From: Squalus acanthias
Taxonomy: Eukaryota
Length of the DNA stretch: 64,000 bases
Direction: 5' to 3'
Assembly: GCA_030390025.1 (NCBI GenBank)
Contig: CM059432.1
Coordinates: forward strand, 149,670,001 to 149,734,000
Shown here: positions 10,386 to 22,300 of the stretch, piece by piece
Position numbering within the stretch: position 1 is the first letter of the stretch
Layout: each line of letters opens with the position of its first letter
Notes under the pieces: model-generated
What the model saw: only the letters and a program-made list of their open reading frames with translations
Told to the model about the DNA's origin: nothing
Databases searched by the model: none
Made by a program: the position numbers and the translations under genes

Positions 10386-11920
10386 TCTTGTTAAGGTCAA
10401 TTCGAAGTGATTTTCTGTTGCTAGGGAACTTACTCTGTAGATTGGAAATGATTGGGCTTCTTAATTTTCAGTGTGCCGCAGTGATTTGTAACAGTGAGAC
10501 ACATGAAAGGTGATGGACACGTCTATATAGAGAGATAATCCTTCATGTCATGGAGTGTGATTCCATTCCCAAATTGCCCTGACCATGAGGGGATCACAGA
10601 ACAATGTGATGCCAGACCAACTTTGTGAGGGTTGTTGCTGCCTCTTTTCTGACCTCCATAAAATCTGCTTTTCAGCATTCGGGTGAATTTTTGTCGGTCA
10701 TTTCTCTATATTATCTCCGAGAGAATTCACGTCCTTTATAAGGATTGTGAAGTGCCATATTTCTAATGGATCATAAGCCCGAACAATTCACAACTCTTCT
10801 GAAAATACTGGCCTTGAAAAACTGCAGCAATGACAGACGATACTTGGAAGATCACTATAAATCCCCAAATCTGGAATTTGAAAGGCTGTCACATAATAGC
10901 TGCGATTATTCCACAACTCCTTTGAAAATATCAGATATAGTGAAAAGTGTAGAAATCTGGTGGAACCCACCGGAAAAAGGAAGGGGCCCGGTAATGCCGG
11001 GTCCCCACCAGCTCTGTAAGTTCCAGGTGAGCCGGGCAGAGACGCCTTTCGCCTCCGACGAGACCAATGGTGCCAAGGGTCACGGACATCCTACACCGGG
11101 AATTCCTGCCTCGCTAGTTCGGAAGGAACTTGGCTTGTTACTGGAGCCCAGTAGGCCAGGAGAGAGGAGGCACATCAGCCTGCAGATGAGCGCACGTGAG
11201 TCCCACTGCGGGGTGGCAGGGGACCCGTGAAGAAGAGATTGGTAATTTAAAACAAAATATTGGATCAGCCCCCTTGGCCAGAGAGGGGGCTGAATGGGGT
11301 CTCGGGGTGGAGAGGTGATCAATGGACTTTCCGGCCACATGTGGTGTTGGAGATGTGCCTGTAATGGCATGGATACCCGCCGACCTTATGCAACTAGAGT
11401 GCCCTGCTGCTGTCCATCAAACACCAGTGCTGGGGGGCACCAGCCGGCAGGGTCCCGATGTAACTGCCGGGAAGGCTGATTTTTGGGGCCTATAACTTCG
11501 TATTTCAAACAGGAGGATTTTAATCATTGACAAACCAAGGGGGAGGGTAAGAATTACAGTGTAAGACACCATCAAGGTTGAAAATATAATCAGAGGCAAA
11601 ATAAATCAGAAAGTAGTGACGCTAAATTCGGGTTTTAAAAACCTGATTGTAGGTGGAAAGGAAAGACTGTGGGAGGCAATAAATTCCACAATTTTGAGGT
11701 CCTTGGGGAGCACGAATGAGAGGAGGAACCTGAATAATGAGCCATTTCAATGGAGGGCGAGGAAGATATTGCAGAAGAGCTTAGTAGAGAAACAACAAAA
11801 TTGTAATAGAATTATACACTTCAGTGGGGAGTAGAGGTGGCGAAATGGTTTGTGATTGGAGCTGTTGTTTCACAAATGGTTTCTAAGATGCTCTTATCAG
11901 GATTGTTCTCATATTCTTAC

Positions 11921-11988
11921 CAGAGAACTGGAAGGCTTCCTTTCTTCCCTGATGATATTTTCGAGCCCATTCTCTAGAGAACCAAATA
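11921..11988 (-). CDS. STAC: STAC coding exon (linker before SH3)
   Basis: tttcctttgtag|TA...CTG|gtaag; 68 nt, phase 1 to 0; VFGSLENGLENIIREERKPSSSL (VF..ENG as in STAC1). Keeps frame with the previous exon. Confidence 0.8.
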
Positions 11989-12378
11989 CTACAAAGGAAA
12001 GAAAACAGGCACTATTGCTGACAGTTCTGCTTTCATTTTCCGCGCCTGGTGTAACATTGCACTGCACGTCTCATTAAATTGGAAAAGGATGGATTTTAAT
12101 ATTAATCATTGGCAATTTTCAAAAAGCAAAATGTGAAACAGGACAATAATCAGAATGTGAGAACTGATCAATTACAAAGAATCGTGCTCACATACCATTA
12201 GGTCTAACTCAACTACGGACATTAATTAAATGCTACTTAAAATTTATATCAAAAAGTCTCCGATAAATGAACACAGGCACGCTATGAAGAGTTAGAATAT
12301 TCAGATGCTAAGCATTCAGGACCCCGAGTATTTTTAACACACAGATAGTTGAAATACAGATTTGAGTTTAATGCTTAC

Positions 12379-12463
12379 CGCTATCACTATACTTCCTGCT
12401 CCAACACGACAGTCCACCTGGAGCATCGGCACCTTCCTCTGGGACTTCCGCCAGGTCCGAAGC
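12379..12463 (-). CDS. STAC: STAC coding exon (linker)
   Basis: tctcag|GCT...AGCG|gtaag; 85 nt, phase 0 to 1; ASDLAEVPEEGADAPGGLSCWSRKYSDS resembles STAC1 SDLVEVPEE...RKRSNS. Confidence 0.88.
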
Positions 12464-12557
12464 CTGAGATAAGATGAGGAGAACAGTAAGGGCGTGCGGT
12501 CGCAAACGGAAACTAAAACCTTTCGCAAAGATGATGGTTCAACAACTTCAATATAGA

Positions 12558-13315
12558 GGCCCGTAATTTCCGATCGGAGACTTCCTGCGTGCGGAGGCCT
12601 CCTATCGGAATAAAATCTACGCCCTTACCTGAGGGCTCCCGAGGTCCGGCCATTTCCGATCCTGGGCCTCTCCACAGTCGAAATGCACAGGGCCCAGGCA
12701 TCCCAGGGGCGCAGGCGGTTCACAAGCCTCCCTGGGATCACGTGGGCCAGGCCAGCCAATAGGAGAAGGGAATCTCCCTTCATACTTTTGACAGATAGAC
12801 CCGTCAAATATATGAATGGAGATCACCCCAAAAACACAGTAAAACATTAAATACATTTTAAAAAATCCATCACATTTTTAAAATGAGTTAAAATTACATT
12901 AAATTCAATATTTTAAACAAAAATTTAATTTTTTGAAAAAAATAATTAAAGTTTTTTATGGGTCTAAAAATAAACTTACCTTTTTTAAAAGTATTTTAAA
13001 ATTATAAATGAGTGAAAATATTTTTTTAACTTTTTTAAACTCTTATGTTGGTAAAAGCAGGCCTTACGCAGGCTTTTACCAGGTGTAAGATTTCTAAGGG
13101 TTTTCAGCGGGCGGAGGTTCTGCAGAAAGCGGAACTCTCCCCCCGCAGAGACCCTTCTCTAGGGCAGGCGGAGGATCTACCAAGAGCATTCTTGACCGAT
13201 CGGAAATGCCGGTTTTCAGTGCACGTGCTTGGCATGCCTGAAACCGGCATTTCCGAGGTCCCTACGGGTGTGTACACAGCGCGTACCCACCCGTAGGCAT
13301 CGGAATATACGGCCC
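12558..13315. mobile_element. Harbinger-type MITE
   Basis: TIR GGCCCGTAATTTCCGAT vs GGGCCGTATATTCCGAT (14/17); GC-rich ends and AT-rich core; TSD not clear. Confidence 0.65.
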
Positions 13316-13793
13316 AATGTGTTAGTTAACAAAAATACAGCGGATGCTGGAAATCTGAAACAAAAACAGAAAAGACTGGAAACGCAGAGCAGGTCAGTCA
13401 GTATCTGTGGAGAGGGCAGTCAGTCAACAGTCAGTCAAAGGGGATATATAAAACAGGCAAAACGACAGAGAGGAAAGACCAGTTGAATGATTTAATAGAT
13501 CATCTCAGTCAATCAAGAGGCATTATCTTACATTTTCCTCAGACCCCACTGTTAGCTATTCATACAACCTTTGTTTTGATAACGTCTTTTATTTCTTCAA
13601 TTCTTCTATTACTTGACTGAGATGATCTGTTGCATTCTTCCACTGATGTTTCATCTGTGTCTGTTTGTCCATTTGTGTTTTCATGTTTCCCTCTTTTTCT
13701 GATTGTATTAATAGGCCCATCTTTTATTTTTCAGTTTTGAAGAAGGTTACATACCCAAAACATTGACTGCCTGGGTTTACCATAGCTATAGGT

Positions 13794-14440
13794 ATGCTGG
13801 CCTTCATTACAAGAGGATTTGAGTACAGGAGTAAAGAAGTCTTACTCCAATTATATAGGGCCTTGGTGAGACCACACCTGGAGTACTGTGTACAATTTTG
13901 GTCTCCTTACCTAAGGAAGGGTATACTTGCCATAGAGGGAGTGCAACGAAGGTTCACGAGATTGATTCCTGGGATGGCGGGACTGTTGTATGAGAAGAGA
14001 TTGAGTAAACTAGGCCTGTATTCTCTTGAATTCAGAAGAATGAGAGGGGATCTCGTTGAAGCATACAAAATTATTACAGGGCTTGATAGGGTGGATGCTG
14101 GGAGAATGTTTCCCTTGGCTGGGGAGTCTAGAACCAGGGGCCACAGCCTCAGGATAAAGGGTAGGCCATTCAGGACTGAGATGAGAAGAAATTTCTTCAC
14201 ACACAGGGTGGTGAATCTTTGGAATTCTCTACCCCAGAGGGCTGTGGAGGCTCAGTCATTGGGTATATTCAAAACAGAAGTTGATAGATTTCTGACTAGT
14301 AAAGGCATCAAGGGATATGGAGATAGGGCCAGTGACTGGAGTTGAGGCAGAAGATCAGCCATGATCTCATTGAATGGCGGAGCAGGCTCGAAGGGCCGAA
14401 GGGCCGACTCCTGCTCCTATTTCTTATGTTATGTTCTTAT
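13794..14440 (+). mobile_element. CR1 LINE 3' end
   Basis: 183-aa ORF2 C-terminus LYRALVRPHLEYCVQFWSP...; 3' stem-loop ggagcagg...cctgctcc and ttcttatg tail. Confidence 0.92.
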
Positions 14441-15278
14441 ATTATTTAATACTTTATATACCCAAGTGAAGTCCTCCACTTCTTCCACTTTGCTACCTTC
14501 TTTCTAGACTATAGCTTAAACTTCTCTAATCTTACTGCTCACTTCTTTACCTTTACACCCTCTGCAATTCTTTCTGCCAGCATGGTGACAAAATATGTGG
14601 TAAATTTGACAGTTTCGTGCTCGCAGCACTGAGCATTGGCGACTGAAGCATGTAGCAGGGAATAGAAAATTGTGCTGGCTACAAATCGGGCGTCCCGACT
14701 TCTGCGCCCAAATTCCTGGTATGTGCTCCCGTTGTACGATGTCCCTCGCCTTTAGTGCTGAATCATTAAATTTCCCCAATATTCAAGGTGTGCATTGACC
14801 AGTGAAATGTAGAGCACCGTGAATATGTAAGGTGAGGGGGGGGGGGGGGGCGGAAGAGGGCAATTCTGCAAGTTGGCCCCCACAGCAGGGGGCAATGTTT
14901 GGAGGAAGGACGTCTCGGGTCCCTGCAAGTGCAACTCCCTGCTGGGATTTCGAGCTCCTGAAAGAGAATCTCAACTGTTGCCCGCACACACCAGGAGATT
15001 TTAATGGATGGAATATGGTGAGCACTGCGCCCGTCTTTTCCAGATGTGCACGCCTGGTGGGCAAGGCCCCTGCCGGCAGTGGGCATTTTGAAAACTCGGC
15101 CCTCTCGTGTAATTATATTAGCTCTACCATTAACAGGGAAAATAAAAACGGGAACAAGGTCTTAGCTGAGACTACTGAGCAGTGGGAGGACTGAGCTTCG
15201 ACTGGAGTTAACCAGCCGGAATTATTGAAGTCACAGTTTAACAATGAGCTGAACGCGATTGCCAAAAGGGTTACTTAC

Positions 15279-15394
15279 GGAGTTACGCTGGGGCGAGTCA
15301 GATCCACTGCCAGACCCTGACTTCTTGGTTCTTTGAGCCAGGGAAGTTCCGAACCGGAGAGCTTCATACACTGGGTCTATTTTACTGCCGCAAG
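15279..15394 (-). CDS. STAC: STAC coding exon
   Basis: gatgaag|CT...AACTCC|gtaag; 116 nt, phase 1 to 0; ACGSKIDPVYEALRFGTSLAQRTKKSGSGSGSDSPQRNS. Confidence 0.95.
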
Positions 15395-15510
15395 CTTCAT
15401 CAGAAAATCAACAGAAAGAGACAAGTGAGCAGAGGGAAACTGGCAGCAATGAGCCACACAAATAAACAAGACATACGTCTGGCCTGAATACAAGGAAGAT
15501 CAGTACTTAC

Positions 15511-15592
15511 CAATAGGCATCACCTCTTTGATGCACCCATATTGTTCATGGATTAATAATGGGGAGCTATAGTAACGCCGGAACCCTTTTGG
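15511..15592 (-). CDS. STAC: STAC coding exon
   Basis: ttgatag|CCA...ATTG|gtaag; 82 nt, phase 0 to 1; PKGFRRYYSSPLLIHEQYGCIKEVMPI, the conserved STAC post-C1 motif. Confidence 0.95.
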
Positions 15593-15669
15593 CTATCAAT
15601 AGAGAAAAAGCATCCGAGCAGTGATTAGTACAGGGTGACAACACAGAATCATACAGAAGGAAGCTACTC

Positions 15670-15990
15670 AACCCATCATTGCGTTTGGGACATCCTGAGG
15701 TTGTAAAAGGTGCTATATAAATGCAATTCTTTCTTTCTTTCTTTCCTTCATGCCCTCGGTACATTCCCAAAAGGCTCCACAGTTAATCAAGTACTTTTGG
15801 AGACTAGTCACTGTTGTTGCGGAGGTTGATGTGGTGGCTGATTTGTGCACAGCAAGATCCCAAAGACCGCACTGAGATGAATGCCCAGTTAATCTGTGTT
15901 TGGCACGGTTGTTGGTTGAGGGAGGAAGACTGGTCAGGTCACTGGGATAACGTTCTGCTCTTCTTGAATAGTGCCGTGTAACCTTGTTCC
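15670..15990 (-). mobile_element. Deu-domain SINE, diverged
   Basis: Similar to 3800-4107 and 21789-22110. Confidence 0.6.
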
Positions 15991-16443
15991 TACTGGTCCC
16001 CTCCGGCAGTACACACATTTCTTAAATTGCAGCAGACATCAGCAATTGTAAAAAATGAATTCTTAGCAACAATAAAGTTAACTGCAAAGCTATTCTCTCT
16101 GAAAAACAGGTAAAGCTAATAGCTTTATTTGCAGTTTTTACATTGTTGCATTTCTTTGCTGCACAGAAGGTGTCTGCGATTTAATCTGTAATTTAGCTTT
16201 TCTTTTACAATATGCAGTAATCCATTTGCTGAAATGTCTGTCTTAATAACCAACAATTAAAAGGAATTCATGACAAAGTTTAACCAATAAATTAAGTTGG
16301 CAGAAACCGGACGGTAGGCATTTAAAATACCCTTTGGACTTACCCACTGGCTCCCTTCCCACAGGTTCCAATTTTAACCTGCTCCTCTGATGAGGTGGGA
16401 GGAACACTCGCCGGCAACCGGTGGGGTCAGCCTTTAAATATGC

Positions 16444-16628
16444 AAATGTGAGAAGTCGTACAACACCAGGTTATAGTCCAACAGTTTTATTTGAAATCAC
16501 AAGCTTTCGGAGCTGCTGCCCCTTCGTCAGGTGAAGTGATTCAAATAAAACTGTTGGACTATAACCTGGTGTTGTGCGAGTTTTCTCACTTTTGTCCACC
16601 CCAGTCCAACACCGGCATCTCCGCATCA
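16444..16628. mobile_element. Short Penelope-type hairpin insertion with TSD
   Basis: Inverted arms about 16448-16497 and 16539-16590; direct repeat TTTAAATATGC at 16433-16443 and 16629-16639. Confidence 0.75.
16497..16534 (-). ncRNA. Minimal type I hammerhead ribozyme motif
   Basis: TCAC-CTGACGA-A-GGGGC(AGCA)GCTCC-GAAA-GC-TT-GTGA. Confidence 0.7.
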
Positions 16629-17154
16629 TTTAAATATGCGGATCGGGCTCCGATGTCACCAGGGGCTTGACTGCTGTTTTAACTCGAGGCCTGCGAATGG
16701 GAAGCTGTTGCTGCTTTCCCACCAGGCCAACCTAGCGGGAACAGGAATCGGGGCCGGAAGAGGCACAAAAATAAGTCATTTTACTTTTTGATTTGCTTTG
16801 CTTATGGGGGCCCGGAGGAGCAGGGGTGTTTGCTCCGGGCCCCCACAAGGAAATTTGAACCCTCACACGTCCCCCTCCCCCGATCGCAAGTCACCTCCCA
16901 AATTCTCTTCCAGTACCAGCGTGAATCACAGATCATAAGGCCTTTGCTTCAGGACTGTGCCCAGGCTGGAACTGGACATTCCACCAGGACCACCTCCCAA
17001 TATCAATGTGAATCAACAAGTGGGACAGACGCTTCTCGTATCTTGCAATCAATATCTTCAAGATCTCCTACTGGAATGTGCCAAGTCATAATACCACTTT
17101 GGTTAGCCCATTATTCAAGGCGGCGGGGCTAATTTTCAGTTTAGGCACACAACA

Positions 17155-17500
17155 GATGGGTATGGTCGTGGTTATGTCTGTGGACTAATAATCCACAGAA
17201 TGTGAATTCATAATCCCACCACAGCAGTTTGAGAATTTGAATTCAGTTCCAAAAAAAATAAAATCTGGAAATAAAAAGCTGGTGTCAGCAAAAAAGTGAC
17301 CAGGAAGCTGTCAACACCAACATGGTTAACTCGCGATTGCCCCCTGAAGCGGCCTAGCAAGCCATTCAGTTGTATCAAACCACGACAAAGAATATACATA
17401 CTGCAGCGGTTCAAGAAAAAGGCCCACCACCACCTTCTCGGGGCAACGAGGGATGGGCCAGAAATGCCGGCCTTGCCAGCGATGACAACATACCAAAAAT
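17155..17500 (+). mobile_element. tRNA SINE with LINE-B tail
   Basis: Same head and tail organisation as 8916-9260. Confidence 0.65.
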
Positions 17501-17902
17501 GAACTTTTATAAACAGGTGATCAGTGTGCGCTCTGCCCATTGTAACTGCCGTGAGACCTAGGCCTCATCCTCAGTGCAGTACAGAGTGAGAACTGGGTTG
17601 TCAAAGATGTCAGCTGGAATTTTCTGTACCTGGGCGGGTCGGATGCGAGCAGTCGCCATGGTGGTTACGACCCCGTTCTTCATTCCATCCCGCTCCCGAG
17701 ATCGACTTTCCCTTACTGGAGCCTATTAAGGCAGCCCTGTGTTACCCGGCCCTATTAAATGGTGCGGGTCTGACAACGTCATCGATGACACGTTTTCAGC
17801 CGGGATATTTAAAGGAGCCATGGCCACATTGCATTTGAAGGTTCATCTAGGATTGTGCAGGCAGTGCACTGGACCATTGGAGTGTTGGAAAGACTAGCAA
17901 AC

Positions 17903-19787
17903 ATGACTGCACAGAGACAGAGGGCTGCACCCAGGTTCTCAGATGACTCCCTCCATATGCTTGTCGAGGGAGTGAGAGCACGCAGGGAGGTCCTCTTCCC
18001 TTCCGATGGGCGGAAGAGACCTCCCCAGCAGACCAAAGGAGCCTGGCTCCAAATAGCAGAGGAGGTCAACAGCAGGGATGTTGTCAGGAGGACCTGGGTG
18101 CAGTGCCGCAAACGTTTCAATGATCTCATTGGATCAGGAAAGGTGAGTGCAAAGCCACACTCAACTTCATCCTGCTGTCCCTCTCATCACATCCCCATCA
18201 CGCTGCCTTCCCAACCCTACTCCTGCACATCATTACTCACACCAACATATCTTGCATGCCCACCCATCCCTCTCTCTCTATCTATGTTATCACATCCCCA
18301 TTTGACTAACCACCCCTCACACTCTCCCTCATCCTAATGCAATCATACCAACTAACAACACACAAGGAGGCCACTTGGCATTGGCACCTCACTCCATCAT
18401 AGTCACCCTCTAAAGATTTAACCCATCTATTCCTTACACTCATTCCATCACTCTCACTCAACCTTCTCTTCTTTCCCTCCTTGCAGAAAAAGAGATCCCA
18501 CAATAAGAGGGAGAGGGAGAGAACTGGAGGTGACCCTCCATCATTGGCCACTTTAACAGCAGCAGAGGAGGTTGCCCTGGGAGTGTCAGGAGTTGCAGAG
18601 CAGCTGGGAGACGGAGAGAGGGGACATCTCAGCAACCTTGTGACAGAATTACATCTCATACAGCCACATGGCATACAGTAGTCACTCATTTGGGGCTGAT
18701 GTTAGCAGCCACTGAATGGTCATCATGTGCAGAATGGCATCTGTACCCATTCTTCATATGACATATCTAACTCATCTCTTGACTCTCCCACAGGTCCATC
18801 AAGAGCCCCTTCCCCCACTGTCCAGGAGGAAGAGGAAGATGACTCCTCAGAGGAGCCTCCAGTCTCTGAGGGCGCACCGTCACCAGACATAATCGCACCC
18901 AGCACCAGCGCAGATACACCCACCTCGGTGGGTGCAACGTGACAGAGTAGTGTTGTCACCTGGTGTCTCACAACTCACAAGTGAGCAAGAGCAGATGGTG
19001 GAGACAGGGACAGCAGTGGAGACTCCTCGCCGGAGGGCACAGGACACTGCCAGCTCTGCTCAGCTGCATGCAGATGCTGAGCCTCGGGGGCCATCCAGAA
19101 AGAGGGAGATCCTGGAGGTGCAGCAAAAAGTGCAGAAGGCTTCGCGACTGCGATACCTGCAAATGTGCAGAGAACGGAGGAATCCATCTCCAACATTAGC
19201 ACCACCATGTCACAGGCGATGGCGACTGTAGGCTCTTCCATGGAAAGGATGGCCACCTGCATGGAGCAGCTAATGCGCCACTCACAGGAGCACATGGTCT
19301 CTATGGAGAAGAGGTGGCTATCTTTGGAGAATAGATGGCAGACGGTCATAGACCTCCTGTCTAGGAGGGATGTCAATGTAGACGTGGGTCCTCATGGCCC
19401 CACTGCTGTGCAGCAAGGTGCTCTCCAGCTCCTTGCTTGCAGGGAAGTGCGGGTGGCCCATGAGAGGGATGACGGTGAGAGGAGACATGGAAGAGGGGGC
19501 TCCTGTCAAAGCGCTCACACTTCTTCCCTGTTTCCCCCACCCCCCCACCTCCTCAGTCAGAGCCCCAGATGGCTCCTCAGATCGCGATGGCCGAGTCTGC
19601 CCCTGCACAGTTGCAGAAGGAGCAGACTTTGGCAGGGCCATCACAGGCTCCAAAACCTAGAGGACATCCGCCAAAAGTGTCAATGCAGTCGCAGCAGGGA
19701 AGTGAGCAGGCTGCCTCTACCTCTGCTGAAGCCACAGGGGTAACGCCTCATAGAAGCACGCGTAAAAGAAAGATGAAACACAAGTAG
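17903..19787 (+). pseudogene. Harbinger Myb/SANT DNA-binding protein gene (three exons, distal part frameshifted)
   Basis: Exon 17903-18142 MTAQRQRAAPRFSDDSL...GAWLQIAEEVN...RTWVQCRKRFNDLIGSGK|gtgagt. Acceptors at 18487 (KKRSHNKRERERTGG) and 18794. Basic C-terminus RSTRKRKMKHK*; AATAAA at 19817. Confidence 0.85.
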
Positions 19788-20082
19788 ATGCACAAGGGTA
19801 GCCACTTGGGTGTTTTAATAAATGTTTCTGTAAAGATTCCGTTACTGTGATGTCACAGATAATATTTATTTTCACCACTTTCTGGTCAGGGACAAGTTTG
19901 TGTGGAACTTTGGAAGTGGCTTCGTGAGTTGGAGTGGATGGTGAGACATAACGTTACCTCCAGCAATGGTGGTCAGTGTGAAAGGAAGGGCCTGGTCATT
20001 GAAGGGATGCTTTATGGTGTTGCTGTGGGGTGGTGCGAACCTGGCGCAGCATGTGGCAGCCATATGGGTGTAAGACGTGAAG

Positions 20083-21263
20083 TTAAGTAAATCTGGCCAT
20101 GATGAGGCCATCCTGGCCTCCCAGGCAGCAATGGTGGGGTCTGGACCTCAGGTTCCTCCTGCTCCTCCTCCTCTGAAGAAGAGGCTGTGCGCTCAGAGCC
20201 TTGCTCCTCATGCAGCTTTAATCCTCACTGCTGCGCTATGTTGTGCAGGGTGCAGCAGACCACGACGATTCTGGAGACCCTGGCTGGTGTGTACTGAAGA
20301 GCTCCTCCAGATCTGTCAAGTTATCTGAAGCGCATTTTCAGCTTGCCTATTGTCTGCTCTATGACACATCTGGTGGAAATGTGGCTTTCATTATATCTCT
20401 CCTCAGCCTCAGTACTTGGCCTCCTCAAGGGTGTCATGAGCCATGTCTTCAGTGGATAGCCCTAATCTCCAAGCAGCCAGACGGAAAGTCTGTTTGGAGG
20501 AGCAAAGAGCTGAGGGAGGGTGGACTGGTGCAGGATGAAAGAGTCATGGCAGCTGCCAGGAATTTGGTTCACACATGCATGATGATCTTACTAAGGGTGC
20601 TGACGAGCTGCACATTGAGGGAGTGGGAGCCCTTGCGGTTGACAAAGACTCCTGGGTGATGATGGGATGCCCTGATAGCCACATGTGTGCAGTCGATGAT
20701 GCCCTGCACCCATGGGAAGCCAGCCAGAGTGGCAAAGGCCATCGCCCACTCAGTAACACTGGCTTCATCAGTGGCAAAATGCATATAATTGGCTGACTTG
20801 TCAAAGAGGGCATCAGTGACCTGTGTGATGCATCTGTGGGCGGCCGACTGCAAGATGTCACAAATGTCTGCTGCAGATCCCTGGAAGGAGCCCGAGGTGA
20901 AGAAGAAGTTGAGGGCGCTGGTGATTTTGACAGCCACCGGTAAGGTGTGGCCACCCGCTCCTCTGGGCTGCAGGTCTTGCTCCAGCAATCTGCAAATGTC
21001 TGCGACGACCTGGCGCGATAGCCTGAGCCTCCTTTGGCACTGCTGCTCCATCATGTTGAGGAAGCTCATCCTCTGCCTGTATACCCTGTGTTGGGGGTAT
21101 TGCCTCCGGCGCAGTGCAGCCCTGTGCTGATGCCCCCTGTCCTGTGCAGCATCAGGAGAAGGTTGGTGGTGTTGTTGTTGTTGGTGCTGCTGGTGTTCTG
21201 GTGTTTGGGCTCATCGAGGTCTGATTCTGAGGACCAAGGTGAGACAGTTTAAACAGCATCCAT
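20083..21263 (-). pseudogene. HARBI1-like Harbinger transposase pseudogene
   Basis: [53 protein letters not shown]; frameshifts and stops. Confidence 0.9.
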
Positions 21264-21788
21264 TCTGATGTAATAGATGGCAGGTCAAGCAGGATGACAG
21301 ATGCAATCTGTCAATGGTTCTACCAATGAGGTGACAGTGAATCCTGACTTTTCTGGAAACACTTGCAACCTCTAGAAAGCTAAATCTGTGCTGACAATGA
21401 ACTCAGCAACAGCATCTGCTTTCGGAAAGTGACCAGGTGTCAGGTGGGAGTTTTTATTGTACTTTTCATGCTGTGCACTAATGAGCTGGATCAATGGCCA
21501 CTCAACTTCCACCTCAGGTTCACAGACGTGGTTCCCGAGCTGCGTGATTCCCGTGCTCATCCAGTGAAATTTGAAAGGTAGGATTAAAGACGCTTAAGGG
21601 TCTGACAAGTACCTCATAATGATCCAAATTACCTCGGCCGCCTCTGCTGTTCGGGTCGCTGCCGTGCTGGCAAATACCCTCGAGGGACCGGCGCGTGGGG
21701 GCGGGTTTCCGACCCGCTCCAAGGTTTATCAAATTTCCCTCCCAATCCGCCTCCAATGCGCCTGCACAGACGCCCGAAAATTCCGGCC

Positions 21789-22300
21789 GTCATCTTTCGG
21801 ATGAGATGATAAACCGACATACTGTTTGCCTATTCGGCTGGATATAAAGGAATCTGTGGCACTTATTGAAAAGCAGGAAGTTCCCTCGGTGTCCTGGGGC
21901 CAATATTTATCCCTCAACCAACATAACAAAAAACAGATTATCCGGTCATTATCACATTGCTGTTTGTGGGAGCTTGCTGTGCGCAAAGTGGCTGCCGCGT
22001 TTCCCACATTACAACAGCGACTACACTTCGAAAATACTTCATTGGCTGTAAAGCGCTTTGAGACGTCCGGTGGTCGTGAAAGGCGCTATCGAAATGCAAG
22101 TCTTTCTTTCTCAACCAACACCAGCAAAACAGATTAACTGGCCATTCCTCTCATTGCAATTAGTGGGACCTTGTTGAAACAAATCTGCTGCTGTGTTTTC
22201 CTACATAACAAGTGGCTGCACTTCAGAAGTAATTTATTGATTGTGAAGCAGTTTGCTACATTCTTGGAATGTGAAATGTGCTTTATAAATGCAAGTTGTG
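21789..22300 (+). mobile_element. Deu-domain SINE (3' part, plus tandem partial copy); 5' part at about 17560-17611
   Basis: tttcggatgag..taaaccga, cctggggccaatatttatccctc, Deu core and ggcgctatcgaaatgcaag tail. Confidence 0.8.

Larger units (their letters stand above)
17612..21788. mobile_element. End-to-end PIF/Harbinger transposon (4177 bp), decayed
   Basis: TIRs AGCTGGAATTTTC / GAAAATTCCGGCC; 3-bp TSD GTC (17609-11, 21789-91); convergent Myb/SANT and transposase genes; interrupts a Deu-SINE. Confidence 0.92.

Noticed and set aside
17603..17624. 22-bp extended TIR
   Set aside because: The outer 9 bp belong to the palindromic target in the host SINE, as shown by the GTC duplication.
20083..21263. 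Domesticated host HARBI1 gene
   Set aside because: Frameshifted, lies between TIRs with a TSD and a Myb partner, and is multicopy in the window.
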